64,000 bases of DNA from Verrucomicrobiia bacterium (GTDB lineage Bacteria > Verrucomicrobiota > Verrucomicrobiia > Limisphaerales > UBA1319), in contig OY760937.1 in the NCBI GenBank assembly GCA_963664225.1, forward strand, positions 2,784,001-2,848,000, given 5' to 3'. Below, one piece after another: positions 18,676 through 27,914 of the stretch; position 1 is the first letter of the stretch; each line of letters begins with the position of its first letter. The notes under the pieces are model-generated. The model ran no database searches and was not told the DNA's origin. It was given only the letters and a program-made list of their open reading frames with translations. The position numbers and the translations under genes are program-made.

Positions 18676-19983
18676 ATGCCCACCCCATCAACGTCCCCTC
18701 ATGCCGACGGAAGCATGCAACAGTTGCGTTGCCGCCGACGTTGGCCTGTCGCAATTGCGGTGGTTGGCTCAATGCTTGCGTTCGTTTTCTGGCAGCCGAT
18801 TCAGACCCGGTTCCTGGAGTATTTAGTAATGCGGAACGATGATCCAGCGCCAACGGTGCTCTCGGAAGTCGCTGATCGACTCGGGAATCCAACGGAGTTT
18901 CTGCTCAGACTCTGGCGCACACCGAATCTCTCCAATCATCAGTTTGTTCTGGAATACTTGAGGCAGCATCCGGACTCCAACCCGGACTTGTTCACCCCTT
19001 TGGAATTCGCAGTGCTGGCGGCAGCACATGACGTGGATCTCGAAGCCAGAGAACAAGCCTTCAGTTTGCTGGCTCGGATGAAACATCCCGAATTGCCTCG
19101 CCTGGCCCGGGAACAATTGGGCGATGTCGATCCTGAGGTGCGCGCGCTGGGCCTGCAAATGCTGAATGGTGCAGCGGTTTCGAACGATGTGCCAATGGCC
19201 ATCGCCTTGTTGGGCGATCCTGACCCGCGCGTGGTGGTTTCCGCAGCCAGCCTGTTGCGCCATGTGACCGGGCAGGACTTCGGCATCCGGCAAACACAAG
19301 CTCCACCGCGATTCTCTGGTCCAGCGGCTCAGACACCATCTCCAGCCAATCTGGAAATCATCCACCAGGGCGTCGAGCGATGGCAGCAATGGTGGAAGGT
19401 CCACCATACGGAATACCCTGCCTCATCCACACAGAGCCAAAGAAAACTCACAACACCAAGCCTTGCGATGCCCGATGTCACATTGCAGGATTTAAGCGGG
19501 CATGAGGTTCGCATTTCGGCCTTTCGGGGCAAGGCCGTTCTGCTTAGTTTTTGGGAAGCCACCAATGCCCTGAGTCTGGTCGAAATATCCACCCTGAAAT
19601 CGCTTCAGACCCGGCTTCAACAACGTCTGACAATCCTTGGCATCTGCTTTACCGCGCCCGTTCTGCAGGACTGCGGCGACCACGGGGACGAGCACGCAGA
19701 CGAAAATGAATCTGGAGGCGGGCACGCTCATAAACATGTATGCCCTCCGCCTGACCTGGCTCAAATCCGAGGGCAGATTCAGGATGTTGTGAAAGCCAAC
19801 AAAATCAATTATCCGGCGCTTCTGGATGAGAAAGAAGTGCTTAAGGGCCGCGACTTTGTTGGGCAGATGCCAACCTATGTGCTCATTGACACGCAGGGGA
19901 ACATTCGTCGCCGGTTTGTCGGAAGCAGAACGGAAACCGTTTTCGCGGCCATGATCAATGAATTGTCAGCAAACGGCGAGTGA
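18676..19983 (+). CDS. membrane-anchored HEAT-repeat plus TlpA/redoxin-like domain protein
   Basis: TM segment; DVDPEVRALG and DPDPRVVVSAA repeats; LQDLSGHEVRISAFRGKAVLLSFW, MPTYVLIDTQGNIR. Confidence 0.75.
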   Translation: MPTPSTSPHADGSMQQLRCRRRWPVAIAVVGSMLAFVFWQPIQTRFLEYLVMRNDDPAPTVLSEVADRLGNPTEFLLRLWRTPNLSNHQFVLEYLRQHPDSNPDLFTPLEFAVLAAAHDVDLEAREQAFSLLARMKHPELPRLAREQLGDVDPEVRALGLQMLNGAAVSNDVPMAIALLGDPDPRVVVSAASLLRHVTGQDFGIRQTQAPPRFSGPAAQTPSPANLEIIHQGVERWQQWWKVHHTEYPASSTQSQRKLTTPSLAMPDVTLQDLSGHEVRISAFRGKAVLLSFWEATNALSLVEISTLKSLQTRLQQRLTILGICFTAPVLQDCGDHGDEHADENESGGGHAHKHVCPPPDLAQIRGQIQDVVKANKINYPALLDEKEVLKGRDFVGQMPTYVLIDTQGNIRRRFVGSRTETVFAAMINELSANGE

Positions 19984-20251
19984 CCGCAGAAAAGCCAACC
20001 AACTGCGACATCATGCCTCGCTGGAGGCTGTGTTGGTTGTGCTTTATTTTCAGGGCGATTGAAATAATTCATAGGCCAGGATTCAAAAGGAGTCGCAACG
20101 GCAAACTCCTGGCAAGAGTAAAAGGTGTTCGTCCGGGGGTAAAGATTCTCAATTCCTTACAATCTCTTTAAGGAATGGCGCTTGGGAATGATACCCTCAC
20201 GCCATCCCGATTCATTTGAAACCAATCATGCCCTGTGCTTTGGGATCACTC

Positions 20252-21478
20252 TCAGAACTTATAGATGACGTTGAGCGCCAGCGAGAGCGCATTGTTGTCG
20301 TTGACGCCAAAGGGGCGTTGATTTGCCAGATCATGGTCCCAACGAAACTCCGCCCGGGTGACGACGTTGGCCCAAAGCGAGTAGTCCGTAGTGAAGGTCC
20401 AGGCAGCGACCTCGTTGCGTGGATGTGACGTGGTGGCTGCCGGATCCAGGCTATACCATGTGCCGACCGTGCCCGTGGCGTATTCCGCGCGGCTCGCGAG
20501 CTTGAGTTTCTCCGTGGCCTGATACATGAGATATATTGAGGCTGCATTCGCATAGCTGGAAGCCACGGTGGGCGTCTCTTTCGTGCCCCGGTATTCCCAG
20601 GCATAACCCACTGTGAGTTCCTTCAAAGGCGTTGCCACAGCGCCTCCGACGTAAAAGCTCGTAATGTCACTGGCCGGGCTGGTGGCTCCCGAACCCAGAC
20701 CGTCAATCACCCCAAATCCCAGTGTGCTGCCTCCAAACCAGCCAAGGCTCTTGGGTGCGGTGAGCGTGATGAGTCCCATGTAAGTCTTCTCGGACTCAGC
20801 GGCGGCCACACCCGCCCGTGTTGGACGTGCATTCAATCCCGGGGACCAGGTGTTGGCAACGCCGGCCTGCGCCCCGATGATCTCGTTAAACTGGTAGCTG
20901 GCCAGCACTCCGGTCATTTGCGTGGGCTCGATGAAGAAACCATAAGACCGGCTGAAGTTGGGATTATTGGCGCTTTCAATGACTTCGTAACCGAGAAATT
21001 CTGTGAAATTGCCGACCTTAAGGGTGATGTCGTTTCCGACCGGAACTTTCAAGTTCACATAGGCATCTTTCAGGGCGAAGTCAGACAATCCTGCCCCGGG
21101 GGACTGGTTGTAATTAACCGCGTCGGGCCCAAACATCATCGTGAAATTGTAACCGGCAGACCATGGGGTCTCGTCCAATGGCTTGCTTAAAGTCAGGAAG
21201 ACCGCGTTCAGGTTAAAGCCATCCTGTTTTCCCGTGCCGTCATAGGATCTCCCGGGAAAAGTGTCTCCTGGCTGCGGATTGTTTACACCCCTTCCACCAT
21301 TGCCGGAACCAAATTTCCAGATCGCAGAGGTATCGACATACCCACTGAGTGTCGTGCTGGACAAAGCCGTTATGACCGCATGTTGCTGTTCCTCCGCCTG
21401 CAGTAGGCCTGGAAGCGTGATAAGGCCTGTAGCGGCCAAGGCCAAAGTCCACGGACTGCTTTTCGTCACTGGTCTCAT
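20252..21478 (-). CDS. outer-membrane beta-barrel porin-like protein
   Basis: Signal peptide, TTLSGYVDTS, GYEVIESANNPNFSRSY, amphipathic strands, C-terminal Phe (NVIYKF). Confidence 0.8.
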   Translation of the reverse strand: MRPVTKSSPWTLALAATGLITLPGLLQAEEQQHAVITALSSTTLSGYVDTSAIWKFGSGNGGRGVNNPQPGDTFPGRSYDGTGKQDGFNLNAVFLTLSKPLDETPWSAGYNFTMMFGPDAVNYNQSPGAGLSDFALKDAYVNLKVPVGNDITLKVGNFTEFLGYEVIESANNPNFSRSYGFFIEPTQMTGVLASYQFNEIIGAQAGVANTWSPGLNARPTRAGVAAAESEKTYMGLITLTAPKSLGWFGGSTLGFGVIDGLGSGATSPASDITSFYVGGAVATPLKELTVGYAWEYRGTKETPTVASSYANAASIYLMYQATEKLKLASRAEYATGTVGTWYSLDPAATTSHPRNEVAAWTFTTDYSLWANVVTRAEFRWDHDLANQRPFGVNDNNALSLALNVIYKF

Positions 21479-21611
21479 TGCTTTCCTTTTTCATTCGGTC
21501 AGTTGCGCGTCTCCCGTCCCGCCGCCAACGTTCATCGACCGCTTTGTGTTTTCTGATTTTAAGGTTTTATTGCCCTCCCAGATGTAACCGGGAAGCCTCA
21601 GCAACGGCCCA

Positions 21612-21628
21612 TGCACAGACCATGCCAA
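21612..21628 (-). promoter_or_regulatory. putative sigma-54 (-24/-12) promoter of the porin gene
   Basis: Minus strand TTGGCATGGTCTGTGCA: GG-N10-GC spacing, ~135 nt upstream of porin ATG. Confidence 0.5.
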
Positions 21629-22288
21629 GGCTCCAAATTGCGATGAAAATCCTTCCTGCCACTCCTGAATTACCGTCTAGTCAACATCTCGTGGCTGCAT
21701 CAAGAATGGAGTGTGCGTAAAGATGATCACTTGGTTGGGCTGTAATTATGCAGAATGTGCAATAATACGCACCATAAGCACCTGACATCGCCGCTCGTTG
21801 TATTGTGCCTTAAGCCATTCCCCTGCCTTCGCATTCGATTTGTTCTGCGTCGCCGATGCACGGATAGGGGAATAAGTTTGAAGCGGTGAGAATGACGGGG
21901 TTTCAAAGCCTCAATGGAAACAGAGGTCAAAGGTCAGTACTCAGGTCCTGTGTTCGATCTAAAGAGCGAGACAACATTGCCATTGAAACACATTGCTGCC
22001 CAAGCAGGGTAGTGATGACGATCCATGAGCGCCAATGTCGCACTACCCCGTTGGATGAAAACGACCGCTGCAATGGGCAAAATCGTCAAGTAAAATGTAA
22101 AGTAAAGCTTGTGGTCTCCAAAGTTGCGGGTCCGATTCACGGTAGGGTTTCACCCCATGGCAATGAGGGAACGCGCCGCCTAGGTTGCCCTGAGCGTTAA
22201 GACCGGCGTCACAATATACGAAAGAGAATACTATTAGCGGCGGACCAAATACTGCCGTGTCCAAATAAGCGAAACCAAAATCACACCT

Positions 22289-22738
22289 ATGAAAACAACA
22301 AAACTAATCTGCAAATACCTGACACTCTCCAGCATGATCATGGCAATCGCCGCCCTGGTTTCGCTGCCCGGCTCCATGCGAGCCCAGGAAATGAAACCCA
22401 TGAAAGGCGGGGAACACCTGATGATGCTCAATGCCATCACCACTCCCGAACAAGTCGAGGCGCTCAAGCCGGGCGACACCGTTGCCATGGCCTGTCCCAA
22501 GTGCAAAACGATCGTCGTTGAAAAAGTGACAACCGAAAAGGGACACATCGCCACGATGACTCCGGGAGAGGTGCATATGTGCTCTGGTTGTCAGACCAGC
22601 ATCGTTACCGTTGGCACCGGCAGAACTGCACATAACGAATTGAAGCACGTTTGTAAGAAATGCGGCAGCGACGCCGTTTTCTGCTGCGCCACTATGAAAA
22701 ACGCCCCGCCGACGAAGGGCATGGATACCGAGAAGTAA
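22289..22738 (+). CDS. secreted Cys-rich putative metal-binding protein
   Basis: Signal peptide; CPKC, HMCSGC, HVCKKC, FCC. Confidence 0.75.
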   Translation: MKTTKLICKYLTLSSMIMAIAALVSLPGSMRAQEMKPMKGGEHLMMLNAITTPEQVEALKPGDTVAMACPKCKTIVVEKVTTEKGHIATMTPGEVHMCSGCQTSIVTVGTGRTAHNELKHVCKKCGSDAVFCCATMKNAPPTKGMDTEK

Positions 22739-22994
22739 CTCAAACAAAAACTTTGATCGCAGGCGGCCAAGGGGGAACTCCTCCAGGCCGCTTGTGCATT
22801 GTCGGGGTGGGCAAGCTGCATGAGATCACGATCAAAAGCCTGAACGCCTTGATTATCGAGAACAGCCCGGATGCACGGTTTTGAGAAATCCCGGCATCAT
22901 CATTGACTTAACAACAGACACGGGCGAGTGTGCAGTTGTGTTAGCATATCTGATGGATATCATTATTATATGCGAGCATTCCGCAAATCTGTTT

Positions 22995-23987
22995 ATGAAT
23001 AAGAAACTTATATCTTTCAGCGCAATGGCCGCTGCATTGCTGCTGAGTTTGGCCGTTGCAACGCCCGTCGAAGCTCAGACTTGGATGACCAACGGATTGG
23101 TCGCCCACTACCCGATGCACGGCGATGCCAACGATGTGAGCGGCTACGGCATGCATGGAACGTTGACGGGCTCACCCTTGATGACCACCAACCGTTTTGG
23201 AGATTCTGGTGATGCCCTCGGCTTCAATGGGGGGATGGATGCGATCATGTTGACCAACCTAAACGTGAACATGCTCACCAACGGTCAGAACACAGTTTGT
23301 CTTTGGATGCGATGGGATGGCGGTGTTGATGGCAGCACCAATCCGGTTGCCATGCCCTTCGGATGGGGGGACACGAATCAGAATTATTGTCTGCTATTCC
23401 AGCGCGCAGGAGCCGGTCGCTTTGGCTTCAGTGATGGCATGGGTGATGTCTATGGCACGAATTTCGGCTCCATGTTATCGAATCATTGGGTCCATGTGGC
23501 CGCCGTCTTCAACAACGGCGACATGATGAACTCCGGGCTTTATATCAATGGTCAGCGGGTGGGCGGATCGATGACGGCTGGTGGAATGCCGATGGGTATG
23601 GGAATGGGGATGATGGTCCGGCGAAGCGCGAGTCCGATGGCTTTCCTTGGTGGATTTGGAGACCAAGGTTCGGTTCCTTATCACTTCTTTGGCGCGATGA
23701 GCGACGTGCGCATCTACAACCGTTCTCTCACCGACGCGGAGATTGCCGCCCTGATTCAGATGGATGCCGCACCCACCATGCGGATGATGGAAGGACCCAC
23801 AGCAGGCACTGAGAATGTGGAGTTCAATTCAATGATGATGGATTGGCAGTTCCAGATGCAGTTTTCAAGCGATCTGACGCATTGGACCAACTACTCGGAT
23901 GTCTTCATGCCCGGGTCGAATACGATGGTTCGCACGATTGATATGGGAGGACCGCAAATGTTCTGGCGCTTACAGGCCAAACCTTGA
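22995..23987 (+). CDS. secreted Met-rich LamG/concanavalin-like domain protein
   Basis: GLVAHYPMHGDANDVSG, WVHVAAVF, LYINGQ, MSDVRIYNRSL; 36 Met in 330 aa by my count. Confidence 0.8.
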   Translation: MNKKLISFSAMAAALLLSLAVATPVEAQTWMTNGLVAHYPMHGDANDVSGYGMHGTLTGSPLMTTNRFGDSGDALGFNGGMDAIMLTNLNVNMLTNGQNTVCLWMRWDGGVDGSTNPVAMPFGWGDTNQNYCLLFQRAGAGRFGFSDGMGDVYGTNFGSMLSNHWVHVAAVFNNGDMMNSGLYINGQRVGGSMTAGGMPMGMGMGMMVRRSASPMAFLGGFGDQGSVPYHFFGAMSDVRIYNRSLTDAEIAALIQMDAAPTMRMMEGPTAGTENVEFNSMMMDWQFQMQFSSDLTHWTNYSDVFMPGSNTMVRTIDMGGPQMFWRLQAKP

Positions 23988-24071
23988 ACAGCGATCAGGT
24001 CGGCTCTTGCCTCAATTGATTGGACACCGAACACACCTTCATTTGAAATTCGATGCCCTTTCATATTTTGT

Positions 24072-24099
24072 TTGAACAATTTCTGCACCCGCGTATCTT
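24072..24099 (+). promoter_or_regulatory. putative sigma70-type promoter of leader 1
   Basis: TTGAAC-N16-TATCTT, 7 nt before GTG 24107; same motif before leaders 2 and 3. Confidence 0.55.
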
Positions 24100-24106
24100 A
24101 CCAATT

Positions 24107-24493
24107 GTGAGCAAACTCACCAAAGCAGTAGCGCTTATCGTGCTGGCCCTATGGGGACTGGCAGTGGTGCATTGCAAATTGGAAGTGTTGCCCGGGCTCG
24201 ATTTCCTCAAGATTTCCTGTGTTGCAGGCTTGTCGCAGTCCTCCCTAAAGCATTGCGAAGGCGATGGCTGTGGTGCGGTTGAAGATGGAGGCTGCGAGGT
24301 TGAGGATGAGACGGTTTCTGCCCCTCAACCCCTTCTCAACTTCGCGCTTCTAACCTCGTTGATTGAGGCCCCATTGCCTGAACTTCAGACTTGCCGCTTC
24401 GTCGCGTCCCATACTCCGCCTGACATTCTCAGAATCTGGCAGTTCTCTTATCGCACGGCACTTCCCGCCCGTGCTCCTTCCCTCGTTTCGTAA
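24107..24493 (+). CDS. Cys-rich exported leader protein with C-terminal RAP motif (leader 1; CzcI/DUF2946-like architecture)
   Basis: N-terminal hydrophobic segment, HC and C-x4-C, ends WQFSYRTALPARAPSLVS; paralogous to 34007 and 42118. Confidence 0.8.
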   Translation: MSKLTKAVALIVLALWGLAVVHCKLEVLPGLDFLKISCVAGLSQSSLKHCEGDGCGAVEDGGCEVEDETVSAPQPLLNFALLTSLIEAPLPELQTCRFVASHTPPDILRIWQFSYRTALPARAPSLVS

Positions 24494-24585
24494 GTAGTCC
24501 CGTTCGGGACTTTCCTCTCCACGCGGAGTGATTTCACGCCGTGGTTTTAATTTTTCCTGTTTTAGATTTAACGTTTATAATGCTT

Positions 24586-25905
24586 ATGAAGCGACACATT
24601 TATTGCAGCTTACAGTTTCTGCTGGCACTGGCGTTTGGATGCACGGTGGCTTTGTCTCAACAAACCAATTTGCCTCCCGACACATCTTCCCCGGAACAGC
24701 GCGATGCTGCCACATTGGAGACGCTGATCTCCGAGGCGTGGACCAACAACCCGGAAGTGCGCTTGTTTGAAGCCGCTGTCGCGGGCGCACGCGGCGAGTT
24801 GATCACCGCCAGGACCTGGGACAATCCAGAAGTATCCTTTGCCCCGGGGGCGGTTTACACAAAAGAGAGTGGCAGTTCATCGCGCACCGATTTTCACAGT
24901 GATTTCGGGGTATCGCAGATCATTCTCTTTCCGGGCAAACGAGCCTTGCAGCGGGCGGTGGCGGAAAAGACAGTTGAAACCCGCCAATTGGCGCTCATTG
25001 CTTTTCAAACTCAACTTGCCATTCAGGTGCATCGCTCGTTCTACAGATTGCTGGCCGCACGGCAGATGGTCGCCTTGCGCCAGCGGCATCTGGAGCTGGC
25101 TCAATCATTCCTTGAAGCGGCGCGAAAAAAAGTGGAAGGAGGATTCGCACCGGACTTCGAGCAGACCAAAGCTGAAGTGGACGTGGCGGCGAGTCAGAAG
25201 TCACTGCGTGAATCACACGCTGACGAAGCCGTAGCTCGCACAGCGCTCAATTCGCTTGTGGGCCGGAAGCTGGACGCAACGGTGTCCATTGCCGGTGAGT
25301 TTAGCGAAAGCCCATCCGTGCCGGAGGAAGCAATATTATTGAATCATGCCCTGGCACATAACCCGATCCTGAAAATCCAGGCGGCGGAAGTCGAGCGTAC
25401 CGGTATAAGTCTTGCGCTTACGAAGAAGTCGCGCCTGCCGAATTTCACGGTCGGCCCGTCAGTGGAATACCGCGAAGGCGAGCAGATTTATGGGATGGGA
25501 ATCTCGCTGCCCTTGCCGTTTTGGGACAAAAAGAAAGGTGCGATTACCACGGCCACCGCCGAACAACAACGCTCAATGGCCGAACTCGAAACGTTGCGCA
25601 GGGACATCGTGCGTGATGTGAGCAGCGCGGCACATTTGCTGACTGCGGCGAGGGAGTCTCTCGCCATCTACACACCGGCATTTCGCGCCAAACTCAAATC
25701 CGCACTCGACAGCGCCTCGCAAAGTTACGCGGAAGGTCGCACTTCGCTACTCATTTATCTGGAAACTGAACGCACTTATTACGATACGGAGGCCGCCTAT
25801 TACGAAACCTTGCAGCGGCTCTACGACGCCCAGGCCGCGTTGGAGGCGGGATTGGGAATGCCCTTGAGCGAACTGGAAAAGTCCAAACCATCAACAAACA
25901 AGTAA
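24586..25905 (+). CDS. TolC/CzcC-family outer membrane efflux protein
   Basis: Signal peptide, NNPEVR, PGKRALQRAVA, GISLPLPFWDK; first structural gene of an RND operon. Confidence 0.9.
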   Translation: MKRHIYCSLQFLLALAFGCTVALSQQTNLPPDTSSPEQRDAATLETLISEAWTNNPEVRLFEAAVAGARGELITARTWDNPEVSFAPGAVYTKESGSSSRTDFHSDFGVSQIILFPGKRALQRAVAEKTVETRQLALIAFQTQLAIQVHRSFYRLLAARQMVALRQRHLELAQSFLEAARKKVEGGFAPDFEQTKAEVDVAASQKSLRESHADEAVARTALNSLVGRKLDATVSIAGEFSESPSVPEEAILLNHALAHNPILKIQAAEVERTGISLALTKKSRLPNFTVGPSVEYREGEQIYGMGISLPLPFWDKKKGAITTATAEQQRSMAELETLRRDIVRDVSSAAHLLTAARESLAIYTPAFRAKLKSALDSASQSYAEGRTSLLIYLETERTYYDTEAAYYETLQRLYDAQAALEAGLGMPLSELEKSKPSTNK

Positions 25906-25917
25906 ACGAAAGACAAC

Positions 25918-26856
25918 ATGAGCCATCGAATCATTTTATTATTCGCAGTCGCGCTGCTGGCGGGCGGACTGGCGGGTTGCGGACAAAAGGCCGAACCCGT
26001 CCAGGAGGCCAAGCCGGAACCCAAGCACGAGGAAAATATCGTCATCCTCACGCCGGAGAACTTGAAGCACGTAGCCTTAAAGATTGAATCCGCGACGTTG
26101 AGCAGTCTCGGCGCGACGCTCAAGACGGCAGGTCGCATCAGTGCCAACTTGAACAAGACTGCCAAGGTTACATCGACGTTTGAAGGCCGACTGACCAAAC
26201 TCAACTTCGACCTGAACGACCGCGTGAAGGCGGGTGGTGTGATGGCTCTGGTCGAGTCGCCGGAATTGCTCGGCAAGCAGCTTGAAATCAAAGCTCCGAT
26301 TGATGGCGTGGTTATCGACCGCAAAGCCACAACCGGAGAATTGGTGGACAAGGCAAAGGAAATCTACACCATCAGCGACCCCACGCAACTTTGGACGATT
26401 GCCGAAGTAAAGGAGCGCGACATCGCAGTGGTAAAGGTAGGTCAGGACGCGGCTTTCACCGCGATAGCCTATCCCGAGGAGAAGTTTCACGGCAAGGTGG
26501 TGCTGATCGGCAATCAGGTGGAGGCCGGTTCGCGCACTGTTGAGGTCCGTATTGCCGTGGACAATGCCGACGGCCGTTTGAAGCCGGGCATGTTCGCCGA
26601 CGTGGAGATTGTAACCACTGTTCTTGACAACGTGTTGCTCATTCCCGACGGCGCGCTGCAAACTGATGGCGACAATCAAATTGTGTTCGTCTCGCTCGAT
26701 GGAAACAAATTTGAGAAACGCGTCGTGAAGCTCGGCCTGGAACAATCCGGGCGCGTCCAAATTCTTAGCGGTGTGAAGGCGGGCGAGAAAGTCGTCACCG
26801 AAGGAAGCTTTATCCTGAAATCGGAAATGCTCAAAGGCCAGCTCGGAGAGGAATAA
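25918..26856 (+). CDS. RND periplasmic adaptor (CzcB-like) with very short alpha-hairpin
   Basis: Lipobox LAGC, ESPELLGKQLEIKAPIDG, LKPGMFA, GEKVVTEGSF. Confidence 0.88.
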   Translation: MSHRIILLFAVALLAGGLAGCGQKAEPVQEAKPEPKHEENIVILTPENLKHVALKIESATLSSLGATLKTAGRISANLNKTAKVTSTFEGRLTKLNFDLNDRVKAGGVMALVESPELLGKQLEIKAPIDGVVIDRKATTGELVDKAKEIYTISDPTQLWTIAEVKERDIAVVKVGQDAAFTAIAYPEEKFHGKVVLIGNQVEAGSRTVEVRIAVDNADGRLKPGMFADVEIVTTVLDNVLLIPDGALQTDGDNQIVFVSLDGNKFEKRVVKLGLEQSGRVQILSGVKAGEKVVTEGSFILKSEMLKGQLGEE

Positions 26857-26875
26857 CCCCTCGAGCAGAACATTT

Positions 26876-27910
26876 ATGAATCAAGCAACACTTGCCCCAA
26901 TAATCGCGACGGGTTTCACGGTGGCTTTCTTGCACGCGGCCATCCCGACGCACTGGCTGCCCTTCGTGCTCACGGCACGGGTGCAGAAGTGGAACAAGTC
27001 GAAGACGCTGTTCATCACGACCTTGGCCGGCTGCGGGCATGTCCTGTTCACCGCCATTCTCGGCTTCTTTCTCGCGTGGCTGGGCATCACTTTGAACGAG
27101 AAGATTGGCCGTTGGTTTCCGTGGATTGCAGGCGGAGCGCTGCTTGCCTTTGGCCTCTACTATGTGATTCAGCAAATTCGCAGCAAAGGCCACGGACATT
27201 CGCATGGCTCTGGCAGACACGCGCAAGACCGCAGTGAAGTGGAACGCGGACCACGCGGCGGTTTCTTCGTGAACACTGCCCACGGCTTTGTCGAAATCAC
27301 CGTCTTTGAAACCGGCGTGCCGCCGCAGTTCCGGCTCTTCTATTATGATGAGCACAAGCGGTCGTGTTCCGCGCCCACTTCCGATAGCGTAACAATCGAA
27401 ACTGTGCGGCCCAACGGCGTGCGCCAGACTTTCGTTTTTCGCGAGTACGGTGAGTATTTGGAATCCACGAGCGACATTCCCGAACCGCACGAGTTCAAGG
27501 CCATCCTTCAACTGTCGCATGGCAGCCATGCCCACACCCACGAGGTGCAATTTGAAGAACACGACCAGGCCCATCACGGTCATGACGGCTGCAACCACGG
27601 CGAGGCGGCAATGCCGCCGCGCAAATCCGATTGGGCGGCGATCGCCAGCCTGCTCGCGTTGCTGACTTTTTCGCCCTGCGAGGGATTCCTACCTGTTTAT
27701 GTCTCCGGCGTGCGCTATGGCTGGAGCGGCTTCTTTCTACTCACGGTAATTCTTTCGGTGGCCACGGTCACGGGCATGGTCGCCTTTACCTGGCTGACGC
27801 TCGCCGGAATGGAGAAGTTGAAACTCGCGTTCCTCGAAAATTACGAGCGCGGCATTCTTGGCGGCCTGCTGTTTTTATTAGGATTGCTCGTGATCGTTCT
27901 TGAACATTGA
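26876..27910 (+). CDS. His-rich Ni/Co transporter-like membrane protein (RcnA/NiCoT-like)
   Basis: LHAAIPTHW in TM1, His-rich loops, soluble insert VEITVFETGVPPQFRL, SPCEG. Confidence 0.65.
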   Translation: MNQATLAPIIATGFTVAFLHAAIPTHWLPFVLTARVQKWNKSKTLFITTLAGCGHVLFTAILGFFLAWLGITLNEKIGRWFPWIAGGALLAFGLYYVIQQIRSKGHGHSHGSGRHAQDRSEVERGPRGGFFVNTAHGFVEITVFETGVPPQFRLFYYDEHKRSCSAPTSDSVTIETVRPNGVRQTFVFREYGEYLESTSDIPEPHEFKAILQLSHGSHAHTHEVQFEEHDQAHHGHDGCNHGEAAMPPRKSDWAAIASLLALLTFSPCEGFLPVYVSGVRYGWSGFFLLTVILSVATVTGMVAFTWLTLAGMEKLKLAFLENYERGILGGLLFLLGLLVIVLEH

Positions 27911-27914
27911 AACT

